A stretch of 64,000 nucleotides of DNA, from NCBI RefSeq assembly GCF_006345805.1, contig NC_043018.1, positions 1,178,001 to 1,242,000 on the forward strand, given 5' to 3'. Both the position numbers and the translations under genes were made by a program. Below are positions 40,650 to 54,759 of this stretch, one piece after another. Source of the stretch: Octopus sinensis (lineage: Eukaryota). The notes below the pieces were generated by a model. It had not been told where the DNA came from, did no database searches, and worked only from the letters and a program-made list of their open reading frames with translations. Numbering within the stretch: position 1 is the first letter of the stretch; each line of letters starts with the position of its first letter.

Positions 40650-40879
40650 TATTTCTTTATTACCCACAAGGGGCTAAACACAGAGGGGACAAGCAAGGAC
40701 AGACATAGGTATTAAGTCGATTACATCGACCCCAGTGCGTAACTGGTACTTAATTTATCGACCCCGAAAGGATGAAAGGCAAAGTCGACCTCGGCGGAAT
40801 TTGAACTCGCAACGTAACGCAGACGAAATACCGCTAAGCATTTCGCCCGGCGTGCTAACGTTTCTGCCAGCTCGCCGCC
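40650..40879 (-). mobile_element. SINE family A, full length, 16-17-bp TSD
   Basis: CGAGAGAAAGAAATACC at 40633-40649 and 40879-40895. Confidence 0.92.
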
Positions 40880-41655
40880 GAGAGAAAGAAATACCATTGA
40901 ATGATTATCCGATTCAGTCTATGCTCCTACCAAAATCAACTAAAGAATCTCGTCTTGCAATCAGACATAGAAAAAAGTTGTGAAGGTTTGAGTTGTTCTG
41001 TGTCGAGCATTCAAGGCTGCTCTTCCTCGGACTATATGCCCTTAGACGAGGAGATGGTGGTGTGCCTGGAGAAGATAGACAACACTTTGGAAGAAAGAAG
41101 CTATGCTGCGGCGACGGGGCGTATCGTTTTGTCCTTTACACGTTTCAGTCATTGGACTTCGACCATGCTGGGAAGCCATCTTGAGGAATATTCACTTGAA
41201 TTGATAGACACCAGTCCTTAGTTTTTGCTAAGTACTGTGATTTCTTAATGCATATACACGCAGACACGTGTCCATGCACACGGACATACATAAGTTTTAC
41301 TAAGTATTTATTCTATGAGTTACACTTGGCGAACCGCTAAGTTAAGAAACACAGAGACACATACACATAAACACACACACATATATATATTCATAAACAA
41401 CGGATTATATTCGGTTTCCCTCTATCACATAAAGTCACATGTTTGTGGTTGGCTCGATATTGGATGACACTTGCCCATATTGCCATACTGTAGCGCTGAA
41501 ACTGGAACAATATATTTGGAAAGCAAGCTTCTTCACGCACACACGGCTGCACCTATGCATATACATGTACCAATATTGTCGAATCCCGTCGAGACCAAAC
41601 TGTGGCCTAAAGAATTTTTTCAATGGTATGCTAAAGAAAAATGATCACGAATATT

Positions 41656-41852
41656 TTTAGCTGTGGGACGTGCTAGTTGGCGAGCCATATCACACACAGT
41701 TCTCATCTCGAATATTTTTGCCCATGTTACGCATATCAGTAATACGAATATTTCGTCGGTGAATGGAGCGGTGCAGAGGGTAAACTGTACTGATTGGAAG
41801 ATATAAGCTAACGGTAACGCAGTATTATGCGCTATCAGTATATCGATTTGAG
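41656..41852 (-). repeat. Inverted copy of 37641-37837
   Basis: Alignment by eye, roughly 85% identity. Confidence 0.85.
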
Positions 41853-42035
41853 CAACTTAGTTTCATTGAAATTTTATATTTAAATTGCGTGTGAACGGTT
41901 ATTGTAGAAGTTAACTAAACAAAATTATGCATCACATCGGGGAGAATGCGTTTTCTAATTCTGTTTCAAGTGCTTTTATGGTATTAAAATGCTTTATATC
42001 CGCGATGTATACGAGCGTATATAGTATATACATAC

Positions 42036-42080
<45 letters not shown>

Positions 42081-42084
42081 ATAG

Positions 42085-42117
<33 letters not shown>

Positions 42118-42639
42118 ATTATATATATATACACACACAGGGAAAGATATAATATATGGTAAAAAGAAACATATATAGATATATAAATATATACATATAC
42201 ACACACATATATATGTGTACATGTGTCTGTGTGTAAGAGTGAGCGTTTGAGTGTATGCATGTGTGTGTGTAGTTAAATACGTATATATATATATATATAT
42301 ACAAATACATATACCTATATATATATATATATATTTTTTTTTTTTATATATTAAAATGTGTATATAAACACGTTTATATCTATATGTACGTATAAAAGCA
42401 TGCAAGTGTGTATGTGTATGACAGTTCTCTTCTAAATAAATGTTTTGTTTTTATCTAATTTCAAATATTTATTGTAGATGTGAAAATACCGATTCTGTGG
42501 CATGAATGACCTGAAAAGTTTCTTCAAATATATCTCTCCCTCTCTCTATCTTTCCTTCTCTATTCATCACGCCGCCTTTCTCGTTCTTTCTTTATCACTC
42601 ATTCTTCCTCTATCGGTTTCTAGGCACACTATCTCCATC

Positions 42640-42702
<63 letters not shown>

Positions 42703-43035
42703 TATATAATATATATATATATATATACATAGATATATATATATGCATGTATTGAACTAACAAACAACGGACAACAGCAAAAAAATTGCACGCAAACAAT
42801 GCCTACACACAATAGATGTGGAGCTGTTTTAACCTATAGCCTATATATATAAACACATTTCAAAGGAAAATACAAAGATTCGTGGTTCAACTCCCATTGG
42901 TGGTCCGACCGTGTATTTACTTTAAAGTGAAATAAATGTATATATTTCCACTGTCACCATGCACACATACAAACGCACATACATAAATACATACATACAT
43001 ACATACATATATACATACATACATACGTAAATGCA

Positions 43036-43073
<38 letters not shown>

Positions 43074-43093
43074 CATGTATGTATACATTTGCC

Positions 43094-43126
<33 letters not shown>

Positions 43127-43444
43127 ATATGTATATATACTTACACATATTCATGTAGATTATGTATGTATGCATGTATGTATATATATATATATATATA
43201 TATGTATGCATGTATTATTTTTGCAACGACTGCATATAAGTCTATACATATATCCTTTCGCAGATATAGACATATCTCTCTATCTAGCTATCTGTCAGTC
43301 TGTCACCCTCTTTCTCTCTCTCTCTCTCTCTCCTCTTTATAGTTTTTATATGTATTATGTTATATATATATATATATATATTCGTGTGTGTTTGCTTGTA
43401 TGAATATATATTTCCATATATATATATATATATATAATATATAT

Positions 43445-43475
<31 letters not shown>

Positions 43476-43984
43476 ATATATATAATATCCAAATATCTAC
43501 GTCTCTCTTTCACTTTCTCTTTTCTCTCACTCTCTTTACAGACTCTCACATATATACATAAATCCAGAAATACATATACGTGCGTAAATACATGTATCCA
43601 CAACACCACCTCAAACACATCTCTACTTGGGCTGTTTCGAACACCTACTCTTTTTTTTTTTTCATCTTATCTTTATTCAATTATTTCCTTTATTACTACA
43701 TCGGCCATTCGACTCCTCAGCTTCTGTATGAAATCTGACTCCACCTCTGCTGAAAAACTCCACCACCACCACCACCAACACCAGCACCACCAATACCAAC
43801 GCCGCCGCCGCCGCCGCCATCAACATCTTCATCATCATCGTCGTCCTCATCGTCATCATCAGGCTCATATTGATGATGATAATCCGCCTCCCCTCCCCCT
43901 CTTCGCCTCCCCATCATTATCATCACCATCGTCATCTTCATAGTGAGTATAATGCACATCATCATCAGCAGCAGGATTATGCAT

Positions 43985-44120
43985 TAATCATCATTATCAT
44001 CATCGTCATCATCATCATCATCTTCATCATCCTCATTATCATCATCATCATCATCATCATCATTTCATCATTATCATCATCATCATCATCTTCATCATCC
44101 TCATCATCATCATCATCACC

Positions 44121-44175
<55 letters not shown>

Positions 44176-44177
44176 CC

Positions 44178-44232
<55 letters not shown>

Positions 44233-44268
44233 CCACAACCATCATCATCATCATCATCATCATCTTCC

Positions 44269-44306
<38 letters not shown>
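43985..44306. repeat. (CAT)n microsatellite
   Basis: Direct reading. Confidence 0.95.
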
Positions 44307-44307
<1 letters not shown>

Positions 44308-45063
44308 CGAAGAGCAGGTAATCTTTGTTTTTTTTTCCCCTTTCCTGTGTCCAATACACATATTTAACTCCAATTGATTCCATTCTCATTCCAGCAACGG
44401 GTGTTGTATCCAAGATAATCTTTACGTAATGTTTATATAACATATATACACACTTACAAGCGCATATATGTGCTCTCACACACACACACACACACACACA
44501 TGCATACACATATATATCTACAAGCGTATAAATACATACATATGTATATCTGTGTGCATGTATGCATGTTTGTGTTTATATGTATAAAGAAATAACATCG
44601 TAATTTCGTAAAAACATTTGAAAAATATTATATATATAATCACTTTATATGTATATAAACAAACTATCGTTTTCCTTTATCTCTCTCTCCACCCGCACGC
44701 ATGTGTTTGCCTGTGTGTGTGTGTATATATATATGGAATGATATATTATATATAATATATATATATATATATACAATATATATATGTAATATATACACAT
44801 ATATGTATATATATATATATATACATATATATGTATGTATATATACACGCACTATGTGTATATATATATACATATATATACACACACATATGTGTACATA
44901 TATATATATATTACACACATATATGTATATAATCATTTTTTCTCTTTCCCCTCTATATATACACGCCTATACATATACTTACAGACCCATACTCATAAAC
45001 TAATGGACAAATACATACATTCACATACATTTACATATACGACTCACATATAACGTGTATGAG

Positions 45064-45095
<32 letters not shown>

Positions 45096-46163
45096 TGTGT
45101 GTGTGGACATAAGCACAAACACACACATACAGAAAAAACACACTTGTGTATAAATTTGTGTATACACATATATATATACATATATGTTTGCATGATGTAT
45201 TTATGATTGTTGACGAGTGTTTGTTTGTTTGGTGAGGTAAAGGGCGGACGGAGGTTGGGAACACAAAGCAAACCCCAGACAAATCAGGAGTTTAACGGAG
45301 CTACTATTATGTGTTTTTAAATATCTCTCCCGTCACTTCACAGAAAGTACTAGAAAGCAAGGGCTGTGGACTCTGTGGACTGCTATACTATAACGATGTG
45401 ATGAATTAATATTTACCGAAGCGTATAGCGGAACGGAATAACGTCGAAGTTTTGCTACCAGAACAAACTTTCCATTTTCTCTGTATTAGATTTAATGTGG
45501 GTTTCTTTTTCATGATTATTTTTTTTTTCTTTTTGTTGTGTGCTTGGAGGAGGTGGAGGTGTCGTTGACGTATTTTGAGTTGTTTTCCTATTGTTTTATT
45601 TTTATTTTTTTTCTGTAATAGCTTCGTTGTTTATATGTGTTTATTATGTTATATTAGTTGTTTGTTTGTGTGAGTGTCTGCGTGTGTGCTTCTGCGTAAC
45701 TGAAATATATAATTCAGGAGGGTTTTTGAAAAATATCGTTTTAGTTATTGCATATAATATCGACGGTGATATCATTATTATCGACTTTATAATCTTTACC
45801 ATCGTCAAGATGAAGGGAAATATGTATATCAATACATCTACGACTTACCTGAAATAGTCGTCAATGTTACCTCAAATCATTCGCTCTCCATTTTAAATGA
45901 TCCTTCCTAGCATTAGCAAATCACCTGAATTCTTAAAAGAGTGTGATAATCGATTATATCGACCCCAGTGTCTGACTGGTACTTTTCCATCGTCTCTGAA
46001 AGGAGGTAAGTCAAATAAAACCTCGGCGGAATTTGAACTGAGAACGCGAAGACGAACGAAATATTTTGCCCGGCGTGCTTACGATTCTGTCTTCTCACCT
46101 TTAAGTAATGAAGTATCCTTTTGGAGGTAAAACGTATTTTCAATTACGTCTTTGTTATTAACG

Positions 46164-46490
46164 TATGAGAGCTCAAAATCCCATCCAACGAAAATCTCAT
46201 CCAACCAAAATGCAAATATATGGGAAACTACCACCTGTGTCATCTCTTGTGAAAGGTAGGAGAGTCCAGTTTGCTGGACATTACTGTAGAGCTGAAAAAG
46301 AAGTAATTTCTACTCTTCTCCTCTGGAAGCCATCTACTCGCAATACCAGAGGGCGCACACTCTCCTAGCCTGATGTAATCTCCAGGGATACAGGCATCCA
46401 GCAACAGGACCTCCGTAATGCCATGACGTCTGGCGTAGCATGGTAAATTCCATTGTCTCGACCACGGTCGAACAATGATGATGATGATGA
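46164..46490 (+). mobile_element. Second 5'-truncated RTE-X-like LINE copy
   Basis: Aligns with about 19378-19727; (TGA)n tail. Confidence 0.85.
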
Positions 46491-46827
46491 AAATTTTGAA
46501 ATGAACAATTAGGAAAAAATTTAAGTGAATTGTCTAGGGTCGTCATCTGCTAGGAAATAGTATAAACGAGCAATTGCTTGTATGTTCTATTCATGAGTTT
46601 AAACATCAAATTGAACTAATGATAGGTCAAAACAGAGGTTAGTCAGAGGTTTCTTTCATTGTAGCTGAAGTAAGTCTAAAGAAATCAACAATAACAGCAA
46701 CTGCAAAACCGCAATATAAACAGCAACATCAACGCCAACATCATTTACATAAGTGGAGCAGATATTAATCTTTATCGGCTGACGTAATATTCGGAAATAG
46801 AAGCTAGTTTTTTCCCCTTAACCTGAA

Positions 46828-47153
46828 TGGAATGGAAGCACTCCGTCGGTTACGCCAACGAGGTTTCCGGTTGATCCGAATCAACGGAACAGCCTGCTCG
46901 TGAAATTAACGTGTAAGTGGCTGAACACTCCACAGACACGTCTACACTTAACGTAGTTCTCTGGGATATTCAGCGTGACACAGAGAGTGACAAGGCCGGC
47001 CCCTTGAAATACAGGTACAACAGAAACAGGAAGTAAGAGTGAGAGAAAGTTGTGGTGAAAGAGTACAGCAGGGATCACCACCATCCCCTGTTGGAGCCTC
47101 GTGTAGCTTTAGGTGTTTTCGCTCAATAAACACTCACAACGCCCGGTCTGGGA
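46828..47153 (-). mobile_element. 5'-truncated SINE family C with 12-bp TSD
   Basis: CCTTAACCTGAA at 46816-46827 and 47154-47165. Confidence 0.9.
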
Positions 47154-47492
47154 CCTTAACCTGAAAGAAACTATAGGAAACGCCACCAAAACATATCAAC
47201 ATTTAGGAGTAAATTTTAATTTTTCAGTTTCTAAATCAACGCAGTTAACGGTTTAAATATAAATCCTCTTCCTGAAATCTCCGACTTCGTTCGAAGGAGA
47301 AGTTTTGAACATACAGTATATGTAGGTACAGACATAATTAATCAAACACAGATTTCTCAAGAGTATAGATGCCGGCATGGCTGTGTTGTTCAAAGGTTGC
47401 CCTACGCCTTAAGCAAAATGTCTACAAATAAAGCTCTGGGCCGTCTGTATGGTTGTGAGTAGACTTTGTTGAAAGAAATATTTGGAAGACAT

Positions 47493-47886
47493 GCGGCGAG
47501 CTGGCAGAAACTTTAGCACACCGTGCGAAGTGCTTAGCGGTATTTCGTCTGCCGCTACGTTCTGGGTTCAAATTCCGCCGAGGTCGACCTTACCATTCAT
47601 CCTTTCGGGGGCGATAAATTAAGTACCAGTCACGCACTGGGGTCGATGTAATCGACTAAATCCCTTTTTCAGTCCTTGTTTGTCCCCTCTGTGTTTAGCC
47701 CCTTGTGGGTAGTAAAGAAATAGGTATTTCATCTGCCGCTACGAGGTCGACTTTGCCAGTCATCCTTTCGAGGGCGATAAATTAAGTACCAGTCACGCAC
47801 TGGGGTCGATGTAATCGACTAAATCCCTTTTTCTGTCCTTGTTTGTCCCCTCTGTGTTTAGCCCCTTGAGGTCAATAAAGAAATAA
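47493..47886 (+). mobile_element. SINE family A with tandem duplication of its 3' half
   Basis: Full copy 47493-47730, then gaggtcgac...aaagaaata repeated at 47743-47886. Confidence 0.88.
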
Positions 47887-48000
47887 ATATTTGGAAAACA
47901 TGTCGCATATATGTGCGTGTATTTATGTGGATATGTGTATGTATGTGATTGTACGCGTGTAAGCATAGATACGTATTTGTGCATGTATGTATGTAAACGT

Positions 48001-48043
<43 letters not shown>

Positions 48044-48299
48044 TTTCTTCTGTGTTTTTTCTCATATCACTTGAAATAGGTTTGCAGCGATGAGGTAAAA
48101 CTACGACGTTGCAAATAACAGGCTTCAAGGAAAAACTAAATAAAGGACTGGGATAGTTTTGTCTTATTAAATGTTTCAAAGGGTGAACGATGAAAAAAAA
48201 AATAATAGAAGTCTTCTCACGAATAGAAAGGCTGTCCGTGTGTGGTTCCTGTGAATCTTCTTATAGCGCACAGAAAGAGGTGTTGTCAATGGCAAAGTG

Positions 48300-48700
48300 A
48301 AAGAAATTCGAAAGAGAAAGAGAGAGAGAGGGAGAGAGAGAGAGGGGGAGAGAGAGAGAGGGAGAGAGAGAGAATGAGAGAGGCAGAAAGAGACAAGAAA
48401 AGAAACAAACGAAAAAGAGAAGGAATGTCAAGAACAAGAAGCAAAATAGGGAGAGAAAGCGGGGAAGAAGAAGGAGATGAAGAAGAAGAAGAAGAAGAAG
48501 AAGAAGAAGAAGAAGAAGGAGAAGAAGAAGAAGAAGAAGAAGAAAGAAGAAGAAGAAGAAGAAGAAGAAGAAAAAGAAGAAGAAGAAGAAGAAGAAGTGA
48601 AGAAGAAGAAGAAGAAGAAGTTGAAGAAGAAGGAGAAGAAGAGGAGAAAAAGAAGAAAGAAAGAAAAAAGAAAAAAGAAAAATAAGAAGATAACGATGAT
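48300..48700. repeat. (GA)n/(GAA)n purine tract
   Basis: Direct reading. Confidence 0.95.
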
Positions 48701-49351
48701 GATGATGCTTTGATCTGAGGTCTTGAACGATACTTTAATAAATGACCAATCCAAAAAAAATTGAAGGAAATAACGTCTTTCGGGTTTGAATGGAAAGATC
48801 CGAGAACCGAAACAGCGTAAATCATTCGACGCTGTACTCTAAGGACATTATTTCCGCTATTTTTTCCCTATCACTGCATATTACTTTCTATTTAAGTTTA
48901 TGCTATCTACATTAAATATATTAACACAAATTTAGCCACTCTAATATACGTCATATTCTTAAAGTGCATGAAATCCTAAAGGACAGGCTATAAAACGCTA
49001 AGTGTCCGCACAATCTATAACAAGACAGGCTATGCAATGTCACCATATTCATGAATCTATCATTGTTTCAGAGAGGAGTTTTGCTTCTGAATGTCTAGAT
49101 CAATTAATGTAACTAAAATGATAAATAGACTAGAATTATCTTATCAGCACCAACAGAGTCAACGAAGGCAACATAGAAATAATGGGCGGATGAGGAAATC
49201 TGCAAAAAAAAAAAAAAAATTACAAGCTAACAAACAACAATCATTGAAAAACAAAGCTAATCCGACTACGTCAGCTACAATAACAGCATCGAATTGTTGT
49301 ATCGAAACAGGCGGAATGCATACCAGAATCGGACCTTGGGCAAGTCATTTC

Positions 49352-49982
49352 GGATCTTTTCTGTTTGAACGACAGTTTTTTCTAGCGGTGTCATATGAAA
49401 TTGTCACCCATAATTATGACCCTAGAATCGATCTATTGCATTTCAATCTGTTTCAGGGTTAGGGGTGGGGGAAACAACAGTGGAGGCAAATGTATTTAGA
49501 AGAGAATGGTCCAAGATGTGAGATAGGCTCCTCACAGTAGGGCAGAGTCGCTAGCAAGAAAGAAATGGCATCTTTTCGGTTTGAAAGGCAGTTTTTTCTA
49601 GCGGTGTCATATGAAATTGTCACCCATAATTATGACCCTTGAATCGATCTATTCAATCTCTTTTAGGGTTAGGGTTAGTTAGGGTTAAGGTTAGGGGTGG
49701 GGAAAGGGTGTTTTTTTTCTTCACAAATGTAAATAAACCCAATCTGTTTCTTAAAGGAGGGACATATTCATAATGCTTTTTAACTCAATAGACGTCACTG
49801 ATTGGTTGAAATTGCAGAAATTGAAGAAAAAACAACAAATATCTTACAAACTATGGAATTTTCTCAATAAAGCCAAGAGAAAAAGATGTTTTATAAACAC
49901 ATTCTACCAGTATACGAAGTTTAAAAGTGTTTAGTTACGTGGAAATTATTTTAAAAAACTGCCGGTCAAACCGAAAAGATCC
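49352..49982 (+). mobile_element. Composite MITE: partial copy (49352-49470) + about 95-bp insert + complete copy (49567-49982)
   Basis: GGATCTTTT start at 49352, second GGCATCTTTT start at 49567, GAAAAGATCC end at 49982. Confidence 0.85.
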
Positions 49983-51008
49983 ATCATATGTTCTTACCAC
50001 ACCTTAGCTCACTCTCTCCATCAAATCGACGTTGTCTGAACATGTGATAGTGTACAACGAGTCAGGCGTCGAAGTGATGACAGAGCCACATGAGATGAAT
50101 AGTTTTGATCAAGAACACAGCTAGGAACTGAACTCACAATCTAGCGATCATAACATCCAAACCACGCCATGCACTTTACAAACACACACTTAAGAATTAT
50201 CTTTAAATATTTATATGTACAAATATATAAGTGATGTATTTGTGGCACAAGATGGTATTAACACAAAGTGACAACGAAGCACAGAAAATAACCTATTTTA
50301 AATGTTGTCATCGCGGGCTGACTGCTTCATCGCTTAGAAACTTAATTAGCAGCTAATTATATCGCACAAAAATTTATATCGATTTCGAATGACATAACTA
50401 ATTAAGGGGTAATTTACAACTTGAAAACATTTTAATGAACAAGAAAATATAGATGTAAATGAATGATTATGTGTTTACTATTAATATTAGCTAATTCAGT
50501 ATAAAAATTATATGTACAACTTTAACGTAATTTAATATTATTCCTGTTAAACGTATTAGAATATTCATAATGTTTCGCAGGAATAGGTAGCAATAACATG
50601 CATACAACAAGACAAAATATTCAATTGTAGAATTAAATTTATATACATGCGTATGCTCAAATAAACACATTCACACAATCACACACAAATATATATATAT
50701 ATATTATATATATATACATACATGTATACACTCACAGACCCAGGCACACATACACATATATACGCCTGTATAATGAAGACGCAAGTCATTCTCGCTATAT
50801 TAGGAAGTGTCTTGGGTTGTAATAGTGACGTCATAGTAATTGTGATAATGTTGATAGTAGTAATTGTCTATTATTGAGGCAGATTTCCAGCAAGCTTTAA
50901 TGTATGGTGCTCTCCAAAGCACCGACCTTAGTAATTGACTTACACTTACTTTATCAATAGTGAAATGATAAATGACGAAGTTAACCTGAACGGTCGGTCG
51001 TAAATACC

Positions 51009-51240
51009 TATTTATTTACTACCCACAAGAGGTTAAACACAGAGAGGAAAAAACAAGGACAGACAAACGGATTAAGTCTATTATATCGACCCCAGTGCGT
51101 AACTGGTACTTAATTTATCGACCTCGAAAGGATGAAAGGCAAAGTCGACCTCGGGGGAATTTGAACTCAGAACGTAGCGGCAGACGAAATACCGGTGAGC
51201 ATTTCGCCCGGCATGCTAACGTTTCTGCCAGCTCGCCGCC
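51009..51240 (-). mobile_element. SINE family A, full length
   Basis: High identity to 40650-40879. Confidence 0.9.
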
Positions 51241-51335
51241 TTTATTCTAATAATAACAGCAAAAATATTCCTTTGTATTATAGGAACAAAGCCTGAAATT
51301 GTGCTGGAGGGGCAATCGATTACATCGCCTAGTGT

Positions 51336-51489
51336 TCACAAAATCCGCCGAGTTCGACTTTGCCTTTCATCCTTTCGGGGTCGATAAATTAAGTACCAGT
51401 TAGGCACTGGGGTCGATGTAATCGACTTAATCCGTCTGTCTGTCCTTGTTTGTCCACTCTGTGTTTAGCCCCTTGTGGGCAGTAAAGAA
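51336..51489 (+). mobile_element. SINE family A, 5'-truncated, inverted relative to 51009-51240
   Basis: ccgccgagttcgactttgcctttcatcc...gtgggcagtaaagaa. Confidence 0.88.
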
Positions 51490-51719
51490 GTACATTAGAT
51501 TTTCGACCCTAATGGGATGGAAGGAAAAATCGATCTCTGCCGCTTTCGCTCCCAGTCGGAAGGAATGCCACAGAAACAAGTTTTTGGATACTCTCTAAGA
51601 AATAAGAAATATAAAACCAATTTAGCAAGGCGCTACTGATACACTACGCCTTTCATTAAAACGATATAAAATTTGCACAATTACACGCAAACAATAAAAT
51701 ATTTTCAACTTATTTGATT

Positions 51720-51929
51720 ACTCTTCTACTTGTTTCAGTTATGTGACTGTGGCCATGCTGGAGCGACGCCTGTAGTAAAAATAATCGACCGAAGGACTTC
51801 GTCTTTGTAAGCCTAGTACTTATTCTATCGGTCTGTTTTGTCGAACTGCTAGATTACAGTGACGTAAACACACCAGCATCGTTTGTCAAACGATGTTGGG
51901 GCACAAACACACACACACATACACACACA

Positions 51930-51983
<54 letters not shown>

Positions 51984-51990
51984 TATATAT

Positions 51991-52034
<44 letters not shown>

Positions 52035-52206
52035 CACATATATATACGAGAGATGTTTCCTTGAGTTTCCGTCTACCAAATCCTCTCACAAGGCTTTGGT
52101 CGGCCCGAGGCTATAGTAGAAGACGCTTGTCGAAGGTGCCACGCAGTGGGACTGAACCCAGAACCATATGGTTCGTAAGCAAGCTAGTTACCACGCAACC
52201 ACTTCT
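51720..52206 (-). mobile_element. SINE family B with expanded internal (AC)/(AT) tract
   Basis: Reverse of the family-B tail at 51720 and head near 52200. Confidence 0.85.
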
Positions 52207-52722
52207 ATAAATATTCAACTAGAATATAATTTCAGAGAAGTCGAGACATTGCTCGAGAATCGTAACGAGGTTAACACCGGATTACACCCCCGCAAATGGT
52301 GACAATATCTAAACAGCCAATACCAGCTTCAGCATCAATGGACCACCAAAGCATTGTCTACGTAATGTCTTGAAATATTGGCAGCAATACATACTCTTGC
52401 TTGCTTCGACTTACTTCATGTTCTTGTTTCATGGTCCTGGGGTCGTCCCGATTTAGTGATCCCAGAAACAACATTCTTGTGTAGAGCCGACATGGTATTC
52501 CAGTGCTCTCCATCACTGCTAGCCACGTGCCAGTAATCCTCCATCCTCGAAATTGACGTCGAGCCTCTGGGGGCCTTGTCCAGTCTTGTCCAGCCATCGG
52601 GTTCTATCGCAGAGCTGCGCTGGATAAAACTAAAGTATTATATAAAGACATTTAATGCTGTAATCTTGTTTCGTTTTTCCTCGGACCTTTTATTCGGTTT
52701 GCATGACATGTAGTTGACTGTG

Positions 52723-53107
52723 GTGGAGGCACAATGGTCCAGTGGTTAGGGCAGCGGACTCGCGATCGTAGGATCGCGGTTTCGATTCCCAGACCGGGCG
52801 TTGTGAGTGTTTATTGAGCGAAAACACCTAAAGCTCCACGAGGCTCCGGCAAGGATGTTGGTGATCCCTGCTGTACTCTTTCACCACAACTGTCTCACTC
52901 TTACTTCCTGTTTCTGTTGTACCTGTATTTCAAAGGGCCGGCCTTGTCACTCTCTGTGTCACGCTGAATATCCCCGAGAATTATGTTAAGGGTACACCTG
53001 TCTGTGGAGTGCTCAGCCACTTACAGGTAAAATTTCACGAGCAGGCTGTTCCGTTGATCGGATCAACCGGAACCCTCGTCGTCGTAACCGATGGAGTGCT
53101 TCCATCC
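52723..53107 (+). mobile_element. SINE family C, full length, 11-bp TSD
   Basis: AGTTGACTGTG at 52712-52722 and 53108-53118. Confidence 0.92.
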
Positions 53108-54372
53108 AGTTGACTGTGATTACACCCTTTCATCTGAACTGGACGTTACCTAAATCGCAGGGTTCAAGGCCAGGCGTCTTGAAGGAAGGTAACGAGTGGA
53201 TTGTATTGATGAGGTCACCGTTTATTCGAAACGTGACGTGTCGGGAGATATGCCATTAAGGATTTTTTCGGATGTGCTAGGGAATTTGCGAGCAGGAAAT
53301 CTTGTATCATCTTGGAAAGCTAGGATGGTCAACTGCGCAATACCGTTTTTTGTTATACGTCTGTAAGATTAGAGTTGCATTCGTATTAAATCACAAAATC
53401 CAAGGCAGTAATGTCGATCTCTGCCGCCTTCGCCCCCAGTCGGAAGGAATGCCACAGAAACAGGTTTTTGGATACTCTTTAAGAAATAAGAAGTATAAAG
53501 CCAATTTAGCAAGGCGCTACTGATACACCACGCATTTAAGAATAAACTCCAAGAACCGCCGCAAAACATATGGCATGACGGCCACAACATCACTACCAAG
53601 ACCTTGGGATAATAACCAATACGATACATCAACAGCAGTAATGAATTGGTGCTTGCAAAAACAAAAGCAAAGAATCACCTTCAAAAATGTAGAGACAATA
53701 CCGAATACCACATGAATGCAAACAGGATAACATCAACAACAACAATAAAAGCAGCAGCAGCAAATATAATTAGGAAAGCCACAGAATAACAGGATAAACA
53801 TTAAGAGTTAAACAAGATCTAATACCAACACCCACGACAGTAGAAACAACGAAAACATAAAATCAACGACAACAACAGTAACAACAACAGCATTAACAAC
53901 AGTTAACAAATACACCAATCGTAACAAGAAGAAAAAAAACTCAGTAACGATATTCCTGTATAACCAAACATATTATTAAAGTTTTAGGCTAGAACAGGTA
54001 TTTTCTCTGGATATTTAGCAATAATGTCAGATTCGACAGACGTTTATATACAAGATGTAATCCACCGCATCATTTCGACTGTTTTGCCTTGTAGAAACTT
54101 TTTTTTTTCTTGTACAGAAAAACGTGATTTTTTTTTTGTCGACATTTTTCGTGAAGGATAATAATTTTTATTTTTCTTCATTTTTACAGAGGGGCTGACT
54201 TCAATATTTTTTGCTTGTTTTATATTTTATACTAGTTTAGTTGATTACAATTGGTAGAGACAGAAATCTTGTGGTTCTACACTTTAAGACAAGCAAACCT
54301 GGGAAGCAAAGTGAATACTAAATAGTTAATAACAGATTTGTGATCGTATGTAAATGAGTGTGTGCGCCGGTA

Positions 54373-54419
<47 letters not shown>

Positions 54420-54627
54420 CTATATATATATATATGTATATATATAGGTATATATATATATGTGTGTGTGTGTGTATATGTATATATTTATATGTATATA
54501 TGTATATATATATATATATAGGTATATATGTACCTATACATATATACGTAAATATTTGTGTATATATACATACATGTGTGTTTGTGTGTGTAAAGATAAC
54601 AAACAGGAAATGACATACCTGTGCGTG

Positions 54628-54684
<57 letters not shown>

Positions 54685-54759
54685 ATATATCATTAAAAAA
54701 GTGTAGTAAATAGTCATATGAATAGATACTAAATACACAGACGAACAAAAAATTCAGAA

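Noticed and set aside
40901-41221. 106-aa ORF as a host exon
   Set aside because: No recognisable motif; its 3' part overlaps a decayed SINE-B tail, and splice sites are unconvincing.
48242-48825. Glu/Arg/Lys-rich and Ser/Leu-rich ORFs
   Set aside because: Entirely (GA)n/(GAA)n repeat.
52400-52600. RTE-like C-terminus on the minus strand (MEDYWHVASSDGEHW)
   Set aside because: Only a vague W..A..D...W resemblance; too weak to call without a search.
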